This document shows positions 9,030 to 17,944 of a stretch of 64,000 nucleotides of DNA, piece by piece. The translations under genes were made by a program, and so were the position numbers. The notes below the pieces were generated by a model. The model saw only the letters and a program-made list of their open reading frames with translations, had not been told where the DNA came from and ran no database searches. The stretch comes from an uncultured beta proteobacterium (lineage in GTDB: Bacteria > Pseudomonadota > Gammaproteobacteria > Burkholderiales > Burkholderiaceae_B). The DNA is taken from contig CAIJKV010000189.1 in assembly GCA_903821335.1 (NCBI GenBank), forward strand, positions 2,612 to 66,611, in the 5' to 3' direction. Positions within the stretch are counted from its first letter, which is position 1. Each line of letters starts with the position of its first letter.

Positions 9030-10080
9030 ACTGCCACAATCTTCCGCGCGCAAGCTCTCCGGAATCAGGAGCCTGCTGATTGTCACCGATGCCGCGGCCC
9101 CCCAAGTCAACGGGGTCGTGAGAACCATCGGCAACACCAAACATCATTTTGAGCAGATGGGCGTGAAAGTTGATTTGCTGACGCCTGAACGCTTCAGGAC
9201 AATTGCCTGCCCCAGTTATCCTGAAATCCGCCTGTCCCTGACGACCTCGAAAAGCGTTGAGCGCGTGATTGAATCGTTTAATCCCGATGCGTTGCATGTG
9301 TCGACCGAGGGACCGCTGGGCTGGGCCACGCGCAAGATCGCGCGCAAGCGCGGGTGGAACTTCACCACGGCTTATCACACGCGTTTTCCTGAATATGTGA
9401 ATGCACGCACGGGCATTCCAACCCCCTGGATCTACAACATTTTCCGCAGATTCCATTCGGCCTCCTCGGGCGTGTTGGCACCGACCAGGACGATCAAGGA
9501 CAATCTGCTGCTCAATGGCTTTGATCGAGTTGTTGAGTGGACGCACGGTGTGGATCACGAAATTTTTTATCCACGCGTTCAACAGCAACCGGCTGACTTG
9601 CATAACCCGATTTTCCTGTACGTCGGTCGACTGGCGATCGAAAAGAATGTCGAGGCGTTTTTAAAACTCGATCTTCCCGGGCAAAAATGGGTCGCTGGCG
9701 AGGGGCCGTTGCAGGAAGATTTGAAGCGGAAGTATCCCGAGGCTCGCTACATCGGTGTCCTGTCCCAAGGCGATCTGGCGACGTTGTACAGCCAGGCCGA
9801 TGTATTTGTGTTCCCCAGCCTGACTGATACCTTCGGGCTGGTCATGCTCGAAGCGATGGCCTGCGGCCTGCCCGTCGCCGCCTTTCCCGTGGCTGGCCCG
9901 ATTGACGTGATTGGTGACAGCCCTGCGGGCGCGCTTGACCACGATCTGCAAAAAGCTTGCTTGCAAGCGCTGAGTATCAAGCGGGAAACCGCAATCGCCC
10001 ATGCGAAAACCTATTCTTGGGAAACTGCGACGCGCCAGATGCAGGACGCGCTGGTATGGATGCGCGGTGAGAAGCGCTAA
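9013..10080 (+). CDS. agt: GT4 glycosyltransferase, Agt-like glycolipid (MGDG/GADG) synthase
   Basis: LIVTDAAAPQVNGVVRT, YPEIRLS, STEGPLG, TTAYHTRFPEY, VGRLAIEKN, FVFPSLTDTFGLVMLEAMACGLPVAA. GGAG SD at 9002; overlaps plcP by 17 nt. Confidence 0.78.
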   Translation: MPQQSELPQSSARKLSGIRSLLIVTDAAAPQVNGVVRTIGNTKHHFEQMGVKVDLLTPERFRTIACPSYPEIRLSLTTSKSVERVIESFNPDALHVSTEGPLGWATRKIARKRGWNFTTAYHTRFPEYVNARTGIPTPWIYNIFRRFHSASSGVLAPTRTIKDNLLLNGFDRVVEWTHGVDHEIFYPRVQQQPADLHNPIFLYVGRLAIEKNVEAFLKLDLPGQKWVAGEGPLQEDLKRKYPEARYIGVLSQGDLATLYSQADVFVFPSLTDTFGLVMLEAMACGLPVAAFPVAGPIDVIGDSPAGALDHDLQKACLQALSIKRETAIAHAKTYSWETATRQMQDALVWMRGEKR

Positions 10081-10092
10081 GGCTGCGGCAAC

Positions 10093-10845
10093 CTAGCGCC
10101 CGCCGGCGACATCAATCACTGAACCATGCACGTACGAGGCGGAGTCCGAAGCAAGCCAGATAGCGGCCTCGGCGACTTCGCGTGCGGTTCCGGCGCGACC
10201 CATTGGCACGATGGCACGGGCCCGCTCTTGCATTTCAGCAATGCCGCCGGTGGCATTGTGCATTTCGGTGCTGATCAGACCCGGGCGAATGGCGTTGACA
10301 CGAATGCCTTGTCCCCCAACTTCCTTGCTGAGCGCCAGGTTGAACGCGTCAATCGCACCCTTGGTTGCCGCATAGGCCACGCCGCCTGGCATGGTGCCCA
10401 GCCGCGCGGCGACCGAGGTCATATTGATGATCGAGCCACCACGCCCACCTTTGTCCGTGGACATTCTGAGGACCGCCTCCCTGGTGCAATAAAAGACGCT
10501 GAGTACGTTGGCGTTGAACATCTCGGCGACATTGTGCGCATTGATGTCTTCGACCAGGAAGGTCTTCAGAATTCCAGCGTTATTGACCAGAACATCAAGC
10601 GTGCCCAGCTGGTCATCGACCTTCTGGAACAAGTCCCGCACATCCTGCGGGTTGGTCGTATCTGCCTGTATTGCAATGGCCTCGCCGCCCTCGGCATGAA
10701 TCTGCTTGACCACTTCGCGGGCAGCCTCTTCGCTATTGAGGTAGTTGACCGCGACTTTGTAGCCTTCCCGACCCGCTAACAGCGCGATCTGGGCGCCGAT
10801 GCCACGACTGGCACCGGTGACCAACATTACTTTTTTCATCACCAA
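10093..10845 (-). CDS. Short-chain dehydrogenase/reductase
   Basis: [23 protein letters not shown]. Confidence 0.9.
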   Translation of the reverse strand: MVMKKVMLVTGASRGIGAQIALLAGREGYKVAVNYLNSEEAAREVVKQIHAEGGEAIAIQADTTNPQDVRDLFQKVDDQLGTLDVLVNNAGILKTFLVEDINAHNVAEMFNANVLSVFYCTREAVLRMSTDKGGRGGSIINMTSVAARLGTMPGGVAYAATKGAIDAFNLALSKEVGGQGIRVNAIRPGLISTEMHNATGGIAEMQERARAIVPMGRAGTAREVAEAAIWLASDSASYVHGSVIDVAGGR

Positions 10846-10849
10846 CCTA

Positions 10850-11731
10850 TTAGAAAGAAATCGTCTCGCCTTCGGTCATCGGGATGATCTTGATTGCGCT
10901 GCCTTTCATTGCCGCCTGGAACTCAGCCAGTGTGCCTGGGGTCATCGGATTGGAGTTGTAATGCATGGGGATCACTGCCTTGGGCTTGATCCAGGTCCGC
11001 AGGGCGTACGCTGCATCTTCCGGTCCCATGGTGAAGTTGCCACCGATCGGGATCATGACCAGATCGGGCTTATAGTGCTCGGCGATAAACTTCATGTCAG
11101 TAAAGAGACCGGTATCACCCATGTGCCAGATCTTGTAGCCGTTTTCGAGTTCAATGATGTAGCCGACAGGTTCGCCGCCCGGGTGGGCTTCTGGCTTGCC
11201 AGCTTCGTTGGGCCAGACGATCAGTGAAGAGTGTTCTGCGCGCACGGCCGTGACTTTGATGCCTGGCAGTGGCTTGACGGTGCCGGACTTGTTAAAACGC
11301 ATGCCCAGTTCCGGGGGGATTGCGCCGATGAGTGTCAGGGGTGTGACCATGTCGGCGGGGCCATACAGTTTTGTGTTGTTCAGCTTGGCGAGTGCAGGGG
11401 CGTCACCGAGGTGGTCAACGTGCCCGTGTGTCACGAGCAACAGGTCAATCTTGCCGATTTTTGCAAGGTCGTCTTTATATTCTTTCGGAGCCTTGGGGCC
11501 ACCCTTGATCCATGGATCGACCACGATCAGTTTCCCGCCGGGGGTCGTGATGCGCCAACCGGCTTGCCCCAGCCACTGGAGCTCGGTTTTGGCTTTCGGT
11601 GCTGCCTTGGCCGCGGCCGGGGCAGCGGGCGCCGCAGGGGCGGTCTGCGCCTGGGCGACGGAGCCAGCCAGCAAGGTGAAAACTGACAGCACCAGTGCGC
11701 ACTGAATCTTCAGGTTTTTGGTGGGTTTCAT
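10850..11731 (-). CDS. Secreted metal-dependent hydrolase, metallo-beta-lactamase fold (UPF0173-like)
   Basis: Signal peptide ending AQA, Ala/Pro linker, THGHVDHLGD, HMGDT, IPIGG, IPMHY. Confidence 0.82.
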   Translation of the reverse strand: MKPTKNLKIQCALVLSVFTLLAGSVAQAQTAPAAPAAPAAAKAAPKAKTELQWLGQAGWRITTPGGKLIVVDPWIKGGPKAPKEYKDDLAKIGKIDLLLVTHGHVDHLGDAPALAKLNNTKLYGPADMVTPLTLIGAIPPELGMRFNKSGTVKPLPGIKVTAVRAEHSSLIVWPNEAGKPEAHPGGEPVGYIIELENGYKIWHMGDTGLFTDMKFIAEHYKPDLVMIPIGGNFTMGPEDAAYALRTWIKPKAVIPMHYNSNPMTPGTLAEFQAAMKGSAIKIIPMTEGETISF

Positions 11732-11805
11732 TTGTTTCTTCTTTGTAAGAAATTTGTGTCCTCCAACATATCCATGGGCAGGGTCAGTGTCGATGCGTGT
11801 AAACC

Positions 11806-12807
11806 CTAATGTGATCCATGTGCAGGGGGCAAGATACCTTTGCGACGATCCATCCAGGCATTGAACTCGCCAATGACGCCGCGACGGAAGGCAAGCACGC
11901 AGAGGACGAATATCAGCCCAATGACAATCGTGACGGATTCGCCCAGGCGCTGGAACCAGGCCACGCCGGTTGTGTTGGCCAGGAAGGTGCCGAAGTCGCC
12001 GACTTTGTTTTCGAGCAGCACGACGATGAACGCGCCGAGTACGGGACCCAGCAGTGTGCCCATGCCACCGATCAGCGTCATCAGGATCACGAGTCCAGAC
12101 ATCTGCCAGGTGGCATCAGACAACGTTGCTGAAACAAAAATCAGCATCTTGGTGGCGCCTGCCAGACCGGCAAGCATGGCCGAGAGTACGAACGCCAGTA
12201 ACTTGAAGCGATCAACGTCGTAGCCCAGTGAAATGGCCCGCGGTTCGTTTTCACGAATGGCCTGAAGGACCTGCCCAAAGGGTGAGTGTACGGTGCGCCA
12301 GATAATGAAAAAGCCCAGCACAAAAATCCCCATCACCACGTAATACAGGTTCAGGTCGCTTTTGAGATCGAGCAGGCCAAACAGCATTCCCCGGGGCACA
12401 CCCTGCAGGCCATCTTCACCGCCGGTGAATTTCGCCTGAAGGAAAAAGAAGAACACCATCTGGGACAGGGCCAACGTGATCATCGCAAAGTAAATGCCGC
12501 TGCGGCGAATGGCCAGCGCACCCATGGCGAGCCCCAGGACACCGGCGACCAGCACGCCAAAGGCGATGCCGGCCTCGGTCGGCAACCCCCATATCTTGAT
12601 CGCATGGCCTGCCGCATAGGCAGCACTGCCCAGGAACGCGGCGTGACCAAAAGAGAGCAAGCCGGTAAAGCCCAGCAGCAGGTTGAAGGCGCAGGCAAAC
12701 AGGGCATAACACAACACCTTCATGACGAAGATGGGGTAGATCCCTGCAAGCGGTACTGCGGCCAACAGAATAAACAGAACGAGATAACCGAGCGCTTGAC
12801 GATTCAT
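11806..12807 (-). CDS. livM: Branched-chain amino acid-type ABC permease (LivM-like)
   Basis: NLLLGFTGLLSFGHAAF, YFAMITLA, TGGEDGL, AIRENEPRAISLGY, GGMGTLLGP. Confidence 0.88.
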   Translation of the reverse strand: MNRQALGYLVLFILLAAVPLAGIYPIFVMKVLCYALFACAFNLLLGFTGLLSFGHAAFLGSAAYAAGHAIKIWGLPTEAGIAFGVLVAGVLGLAMGALAIRRSGIYFAMITLALSQMVFFFFLQAKFTGGEDGLQGVPRGMLFGLLDLKSDLNLYYVVMGIFVLGFFIIWRTVHSPFGQVLQAIRENEPRAISLGYDVDRFKLLAFVLSAMLAGLAGATKMLIFVSATLSDATWQMSGLVILMTLIGGMGTLLGPVLGAFIVVLLENKVGDFGTFLANTTGVAWFQRLGESVTIVIGLIFVLCVLAFRRGVIGEFNAWMDRRKGILPPAHGSH

Positions 12808-13691
12808 TTTTCCTTCCCGAAGAGCCCGGCGGGACGCACAAATAACACGATAGCCATGATGATGAATACAACCGTACTTGAGGCCTCAGGCCAGAAGACC
12901 TTGGTGAAACCTTCGATGATGCCCAGGCCAAGGCCCGTGACAATGGCACCCATGATGGAACCCATTCCGCCAATCACGACGACCGCGAAGACGACGATGA
13001 TCAGATTCGAGCCCATCAATGGTGAAATTTGCAATACTGGTGCGGCAAGTACGCCTGCGAAACCCGCCAATGCCACGCCAAAGCCGTAGGTGAGAGTGAT
13101 CATGAGCGGAACGTTCACGCCGAACGCTTCGACCAGGCGAGGATTTTCAGTGGCGGCGCGCAGCAAGGCACCCAGCCGGGTGCGCTCGATGACATACCAG
13201 GTAATCAGACAGACGACCACGGAAGCCACGACGACCCAGGCACGGTAGTTGGGCAAGATCATGAAGCCCAGGTTGGTGGCACCACGCAGGATATCGGGTG
13301 TGGCGTAGGGCTGACCCGAGACTCCATAGATACTGCGAAACAATCCTTCCATCAGCAAGGTGATGCCAAACGTCAGCAGCAAACCATAGAGATGGTCGAG
13401 TTTGTAGAGGTGCTTGAGCAGGAGCTTTTCGATCACGATGCCGAACAGGCCCACCAGAATCGGTGAGAGCGCCAGCATGACCCAGTAGTTCAACCCGAAA
13501 TAGGACATGCCCATCCAGGCCAGGAACGCGCCAAACATGTACAACGCCCCATGGGCGAAGTTGATGACGTTGAGTAGCCCGAAAATAACGGCCAGGCCGA
13601 GCGACAGAATGGCGTAGAAAGAGCCATTGACCAAGCCCAGCAGGAGCTGGCCCAGCAAAGCTTGTATGGGTATGCCAAAGAGTGTAGTCAT
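12804..13691 (-). CDS. livH: Branched-chain amino acid-type ABC permease (LivH-like)
   Basis: GLAVIFGLLNVINFAHG, RTRLGALLRA, VVVIGGMGSI. Confidence 0.88.
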   Translation of the reverse strand: MTTLFGIPIQALLGQLLLGLVNGSFYAILSLGLAVIFGLLNVINFAHGALYMFGAFLAWMGMSYFGLNYWVMLALSPILVGLFGIVIEKLLLKHLYKLDHLYGLLLTFGITLLMEGLFRSIYGVSGQPYATPDILRGATNLGFMILPNYRAWVVVASVVVCLITWYVIERTRLGALLRAATENPRLVEAFGVNVPLMITLTYGFGVALAGFAGVLAAPVLQISPLMGSNLIIVVFAVVVIGGMGSIMGAIVTGLGLGIIEGFTKVFWPEASSTVVFIIMAIVLFVRPAGLFGKEK

Positions 13692-13728
13692 CGTGTATCA
13701 GTCAAACGAAGAACGGACAGATCAACAA

Positions 13729-13762
13729 GGGCCTGTTGTTGCTCATATCGCACAACAGGCCC
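13729..13762. terminator. Intercistronic stem-loop after the SBP gene
   Basis: GGGCCTGTTGT-N12-ACAACAGGCCC inverted repeat. Confidence 0.55.
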
Positions 13763-13771
13763 GTTGCTGAT

Positions 13772-14986
13772 TTATTTTTTGATGAAGCCACAAGTGGATT
13801 CGGAAAGTTTGGCGTAGACCTCTTCTCCGGGCAACTTGGCCACGATGTTGTAGTAGTCCCAGGGTCCCTTGGATTCGGCCGGTGTCTTGACCTTCATCAG
13901 GTACATGTCGTGGACCATGCGGCCATCTTCACGTACGTAGCCGCCTTGGGCGAAGAAGTCGTTGATCTTGGTGGACTTCATCCACTTCATGATGGTGTCG
14001 GCGTCGTCCGTACCGGTGGCCTTGATGCCATTGAGGTAGAACGTGACTGCGGAATAATCGGCAGCCTGCAGCATCGACGGTTTACGCTTGATTTTTTCTT
14101 CGAACCTGGCTGCCCAGGCGCGCGAGGCGTCGGACTGGTCCCAGTACCAGCCGTCCGTCAGGTACATGCCCTGCGTGGCTTTCAGACCGAGCGAATGGAT
14201 GTCGTTGATGAAAATCAGCAAGCCGGCCAGTTTCATCGTCGAGGTCACGCCAAACTCGTTGGCGGCCTTGATCGAGTTGACCGTGTCGCCACCGGCATTG
14301 GCCAGGCCGAGAATTTGCGCGCCCGAGGCTTGGGCCTGGAGCAGGAACGAGGAGAAGTCAGCGGTCGAGAGCGGTGCGCGCACCTGACCCTTGATTTCAC
14401 CGCCAGCGGACTTGACCACGGCGGCCGTGTCACGCTCGAGCGCTTGACCAAAGGCGTAGTCGGCCGTCAGGAAAAACCAGGTCTTGCCGCCATCTTTCAC
14501 CACGGCCGAGCCCGTGCCACGCGCCAGCGCCACGGTGTCATAGGCATAGTGCACGGTGTAGGGTGTGCAGGCTTTGCCTGTCATGTCGGAGGTGGCCGAG
14601 CCGATCGAGATGAACGGCTTTTTCTTTTCTGCGGCGACTGCGGCCATGGCCAGGTTGGTGGCAGAGTTCGTGCCGCCAATCAGCATGTCGATTTTCTGCT
14701 GGTCAAACCATTCACGTGCGCGTGACGAGGCGATGTCGGCCTTGTTCTGGTGATCAGCAGTTAGCAATTCGATTTTCTTGCCATTGATCGCGCCGCCCGC
14801 ATCGGCAATGGCCATGCGGATCGCTTCGACGCCGCCAGGACCGTCGATGTCGGAATACACGCCGGACATGTCAGAGATGATGCCGATGCGTATCACATCG
14901 TCGGAAATGCCCTGGGCGAAGGTGGGTTGCATGATGAAGCCAAGACCGGCTGTCATCAGCGCTGCGCTGAGTGTACGTAGTTTCAT
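13772..14986 (-). CDS. ABC transporter substrate-binding protein (Leu/Ile/Val-binding family)
   Basis: Signal peptide; DMSGVYSD, DHQNKADIA, WFFLTADYAFG, REDGRMVHDMYL. Confidence 0.9.
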   Translation of the reverse strand: MKLRTLSAALMTAGLGFIMQPTFAQGISDDVIRIGIISDMSGVYSDIDGPGGVEAIRMAIADAGGAINGKKIELLTADHQNKADIASSRAREWFDQQKIDMLIGGTNSATNLAMAAVAAEKKKPFISIGSATSDMTGKACTPYTVHYAYDTVALARGTGSAVVKDGGKTWFFLTADYAFGQALERDTAAVVKSAGGEIKGQVRAPLSTADFSSFLLQAQASGAQILGLANAGGDTVNSIKAANEFGVTSTMKLAGLLIFINDIHSLGLKATQGMYLTDGWYWDQSDASRAWAARFEEKIKRKPSMLQAADYSAVTFYLNGIKATGTDDADTIMKWMKSTKINDFFAQGGYVREDGRMVHDMYLMKVKTPAESKGPWDYYNIVAKLPGEEVYAKLSESTCGFIKK

Positions 14987-15074
14987 GTGTTGCTCCTGGG
15001 TGATGCTGCTGCGTTCATGAAGTATTTGTTATCAACACCGCGTGTCGACTGCACGCGTGCATATAAAAAGGGCG

Positions 15075-15785
15075 TCAGACACCGAGTAGTTCATCAAGCA
15101 CGGACTGCTTGGCGGCAAGTTCTGACGCGGCAAAGTGCTCAACGATCTGTCCGTGTTCCATGACATAGAAACGGTCTGCCAGCGGCGCGGCGAACCGGAA
15201 GTTCTGTTCGACCATGACGATGGTGTAGCCCTTGGCCTTGAGCATCTTGATCATGCGGGCGAGGGCCTGCACGATGACCGGTGCCAGGCCTTCCGAGATT
15301 TCATCGAGCAACAGCAGATCAGCGCCGGTGCGCAAGATACGCGCCACCGCAAGCATCTGTTGTTCGCCACCTGAAAGGCGGGTGCCAGGCGAATGGCGTC
15401 GTTCAAGCAAGTTGGGAAACATGTCATAGATTTCAGCCAGCGACATGCCACCACCGAGTGGTCCGACCGGGGGTGGCAGCAGCAGGTTTTCTTCACATGA
15501 CAGACTGGCAAAGATGCCGCGCTCTTCGGGGCAGTAGCCCACGCCCAGATGCGCCACCTTGAAGGTTGGCAAGTTGATTGATTCAGTGCCATGGATCTTG
15601 ATGGAGCCTTCACGGTCGCCAGTCAGTCCGAGAATGGCGCGCATGGTCGTGGTGCGCCCGGCACCATTGCGACCAAGCAGCGTGACGACTTCGCCTTTGT
15701 GGACGGTCAGGTCTACGCCATGCAGGATGTGGGATTCGCCGTACCAGGCGTTCAGGCCGGAGATTTCGAGTGCGGGCGTACTCAT
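15075..15785 (-). CDS. livF: ABC ATP-binding protein (LivF-like)
   Basis: GRNGAGRTT, LSGGEQQMLA, VEQN. Confidence 0.9.
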   Translation of the reverse strand: MSTPALEISGLNAWYGESHILHGVDLTVHKGEVVTLLGRNGAGRTTTMRAILGLTGDREGSIKIHGTESINLPTFKVAHLGVGYCPEERGIFASLSCEENLLLPPPVGPLGGGMSLAEIYDMFPNLLERRHSPGTRLSGGEQQMLAVARILRTGADLLLLDEISEGLAPVIVQALARMIKMLKAKGYTIVMVEQNFRFAAPLADRFYVMEHGQIVEHFAASELAAKQSVLDELLGV

Positions 15786-16555
15786 GCGTGCGCTCCTTGC
15801 AGTTCGCCGTCAGTGGTGCCCATGTAGGCCTCCATGACGAGCGGGTCGCGTGATACGTGAGCATAGTTGCCCTCGGCCAGAACGGCTCCGCGTGCCAGCA
15901 CGGTGATCGTGTCGGCAATCGATGACACCACGCCCATGTTGTGCTCGACCATCAGGATGGTGCGCCCGACGCTCACTTGCTTGATGAGTTGGGTGACACG
16001 GTGCACGTCTTCATGGCCCATACCTTGCGTGGGTTCATCGAGCAGCATCAGTTCAGGCTCCATGGCCAGTGTGGTCGCGATTTCCAGGGCGCGCTTGCGG
16101 CCATAAGGCAGGCTGCCGGTGATTTCCTTGGCAAACGCGCCCAGGTCAACCTGTTCAAGCAGATTTTGCGCGCGGTCATTCAGGCGGTTCAGGCAGTGCT
16201 CGCTTTTCCAGAAGTGAAACGATAGACCCGTCTGGCGCTGCAGTCCGATGCGCACGTTTTCAAGCACGGTCAGATGGGGGAAGACCGCCGAAATCTGGAA
16301 CGAACGGATGATGCCGCGACGCGCGATCTGCGCCGGCCGGTCGCCAGTGATATCGACGCCATTGAACATAATCTTGCCGCGCGTGGGCGACAGGAACTTG
16401 GTCAGCAGGTTAAAGCAGGTCGTTTTGCCTGCGCCATTTGGGCCGATCAGGGCGTGGATCTGTCCGCGCTGCACACGGAGCGAAACATTATTGACGGCCG
16501 TGAACCCACGAAATTCCTTGGTCAGGCCTTCAGTCTCGAGAATGATGTCTTTCAT
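15782..16555 (-). CDS. livG: ABC ATP-binding protein (LivG-like)
   Basis: GPNGAGKTT, LPYGRKRALE, VEHNM, VMEAYMG. Confidence 0.9.
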   Translation of the reverse strand: MKDIILETEGLTKEFRGFTAVNNVSLRVQRGQIHALIGPNGAGKTTCFNLLTKFLSPTRGKIMFNGVDITGDRPAQIARRGIIRSFQISAVFPHLTVLENVRIGLQRQTGLSFHFWKSEHCLNRLNDRAQNLLEQVDLGAFAKEITGSLPYGRKRALEIATTLAMEPELMLLDEPTQGMGHEDVHRVTQLIKQVSVGRTILMVEHNMGVVSSIADTITVLARGAVLAEGNYAHVSRDPLVMEAYMGTTDGELQGAHA

Positions 16556-16672
16556 GCCGCATCTTGTCCGGTATTTTTTATTCAGCAGGCAGTATGACGC
16601 AGGTGCAGCATAAACATCTATGAGGGTTTGTCATAGGTGAACAGGCCAGGACCTCGCCCGGATCAGAGAGAG

Positions 16673-17308
16673 TTATGACAATGTCTTGTCACGAAACTCA
16701 CATAAGTCCGATATTGCGCACTGCGGGCATTTCGGGGTGCGCGCCACGCAGACGTAACGCCCGTGCAGAATGAGCCAGTGATGGGCATTGAGCCGGAACT
16801 CAGGCGCGACGAACTTCTCAAGTCCTCGCTCGACGGCCAGCACGTCGCGGCCAGGGGCAATCCGGGTGCGGTTCGATACCCTGAAAATATGTGTGTCGAC
16901 GGCGATTGTGGATTGTCCGAACGCTGTATTGAGCACCACGCTGGCGGTTTTCCTGCCAACACCAGGCAGCGCTTCGAGAGCTTCGCGTGTCTGGGGTACG
17001 GTTCCACCGTGCTGGTTGATCAGGATGTCACAGGTCGCGATCACATTTTTCGCTTTGGTTTTATACAGGCCAATTGTCTTGATATAGGTGGCCAGGGTCG
17101 CCTCGCCCAGCGCATACATGGTTTGCGGGGTGCCATGCTGCGGGAAAAATTTACGGGTGGCCAGGTTCACGGATTTGTCCGTAGCCTGCGCCGACAGCAG
17201 GACCGCGATCAGAAGCTGAAACGGCGTTTCGTACTCAAGTTCAGTTTTGGGCTCAGGGTTGACCGCCTGAAAGCGTGCAAAGATTTCGCGGCGTTTTTGT
17301 GGGTTCAT
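16673..17308 (-). CDS. nth: Endonuclease III
   Basis: LLSAQATD, HhH motif LPGVGRKTA, VDTH, C-x6-C-x2-C-x5-C cluster. Confidence 0.97.
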   Translation of the reverse strand: MNPQKRREIFARFQAVNPEPKTELEYETPFQLLIAVLLSAQATDKSVNLATRKFFPQHGTPQTMYALGEATLATYIKTIGLYKTKAKNVIATCDILINQHGGTVPQTREALEALPGVGRKTASVVLNTAFGQSTIAVDTHIFRVSNRTRIAPGRDVLAVERGLEKFVAPEFRLNAHHWLILHGRYVCVARTPKCPQCAISDLCEFRDKTLS

Positions 17309-17320
17309 GGCGCAGGCTGA

Positions 17321-17944
17321 TTAAGTGCGACGGGCGCGCGCGCGCGCGAGCGCTTCGCGAACGGCCGCTTGCTTGTCAAGTGCTGCCGGTGTTGCAGGTG
17401 TTGCAGCCACGAGCACCGCTTGGGTGTCAGCCAGACGTCGCGCATCGGGTTGCGTGGCGATGCGCTTTTGCCTGGATTCATAGCGTATGCGTGCCTCGTG
17501 GGCATCGTGCGTGGTCCATTCCCGGGCGGGCATGACGTCGGTCATGCTGATGCAATCAACCGGACAGGGTGCGATGCACAAGTCGCAGCCGGTGCAAAGA
17601 TCGGGCAACACGGTATGCATGCGCTTGGAAGCGCCAAGAATGGCATCGACCGGACAGGCCTGTATGCACAGTGTGCAGCCAATGCAGTATTGCTCGTCAA
17701 TGACAGCGACCTGCAAGGGCAGGTGCTGGCCACAGTCGGGGTCCAGTGGCAGTGCCGGGCGCCCCGTCAGTCGCGACAGGGCGGCGACACCCGTCTGGCC
17801 GCCAGGCGGGCAGCGGTTGATCGCTGCTTGCCCGCCGGCGATTGCCTGGGCGTAGGGCTTGCAGCCTGGATAGCCGCATTTGGTGCACTGCGTTTGCGGC
17901 AGCAAGTCATTGATGCTGGCAGCTTGAATGACGGGTCGGACCAT
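17321..17944 (-). CDS. rsxB: RnfB/RsxB-type Fe-S electron transport protein
   Basis: [20 protein letters not shown], two ferredoxin motifs ([24 protein letters not shown]). Start ATG 17944 overlaps the phaZ stop (TAATG). Confidence 0.88.
   Translation of the reverse strand: MVRPVIQAASINDLLPQTQCTKCGYPGCKPYAQAIAGGQAAINRCPPGGQTGVAALSRLTGRPALPLDPDCGQHLPLQVAVIDEQYCIGCTLCIQACPVDAILGASKRMHTVLPDLCTGCDLCIAPCPVDCISMTDVMPAREWTTHDAHEARIRYESRQKRIATQPDARRLADTQAVLVAATPATPAALDKQAAVREALARARARRT

Noticed and set aside
10850-11731. Antibiotic-resistance metallo-beta-lactamase
   Set aside because: Its motif set (THGHxDH...GDT...PIGG...PMHY) is UPF0173-like rather than class B beta-lactamase.
13736-14725. 329-aa ORF in an alternative frame overlapping the SBP gene; similar long shadow ORFs at 12286-13089, 20959-21828, 26550-27661, 34723-35394, 39288-40019, 49402-50190, 53207-54049
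   Set aside because: They fully overlap confidently identified genes, have no recognisable motifs, and are expected by-products of GC-rich codon bias.
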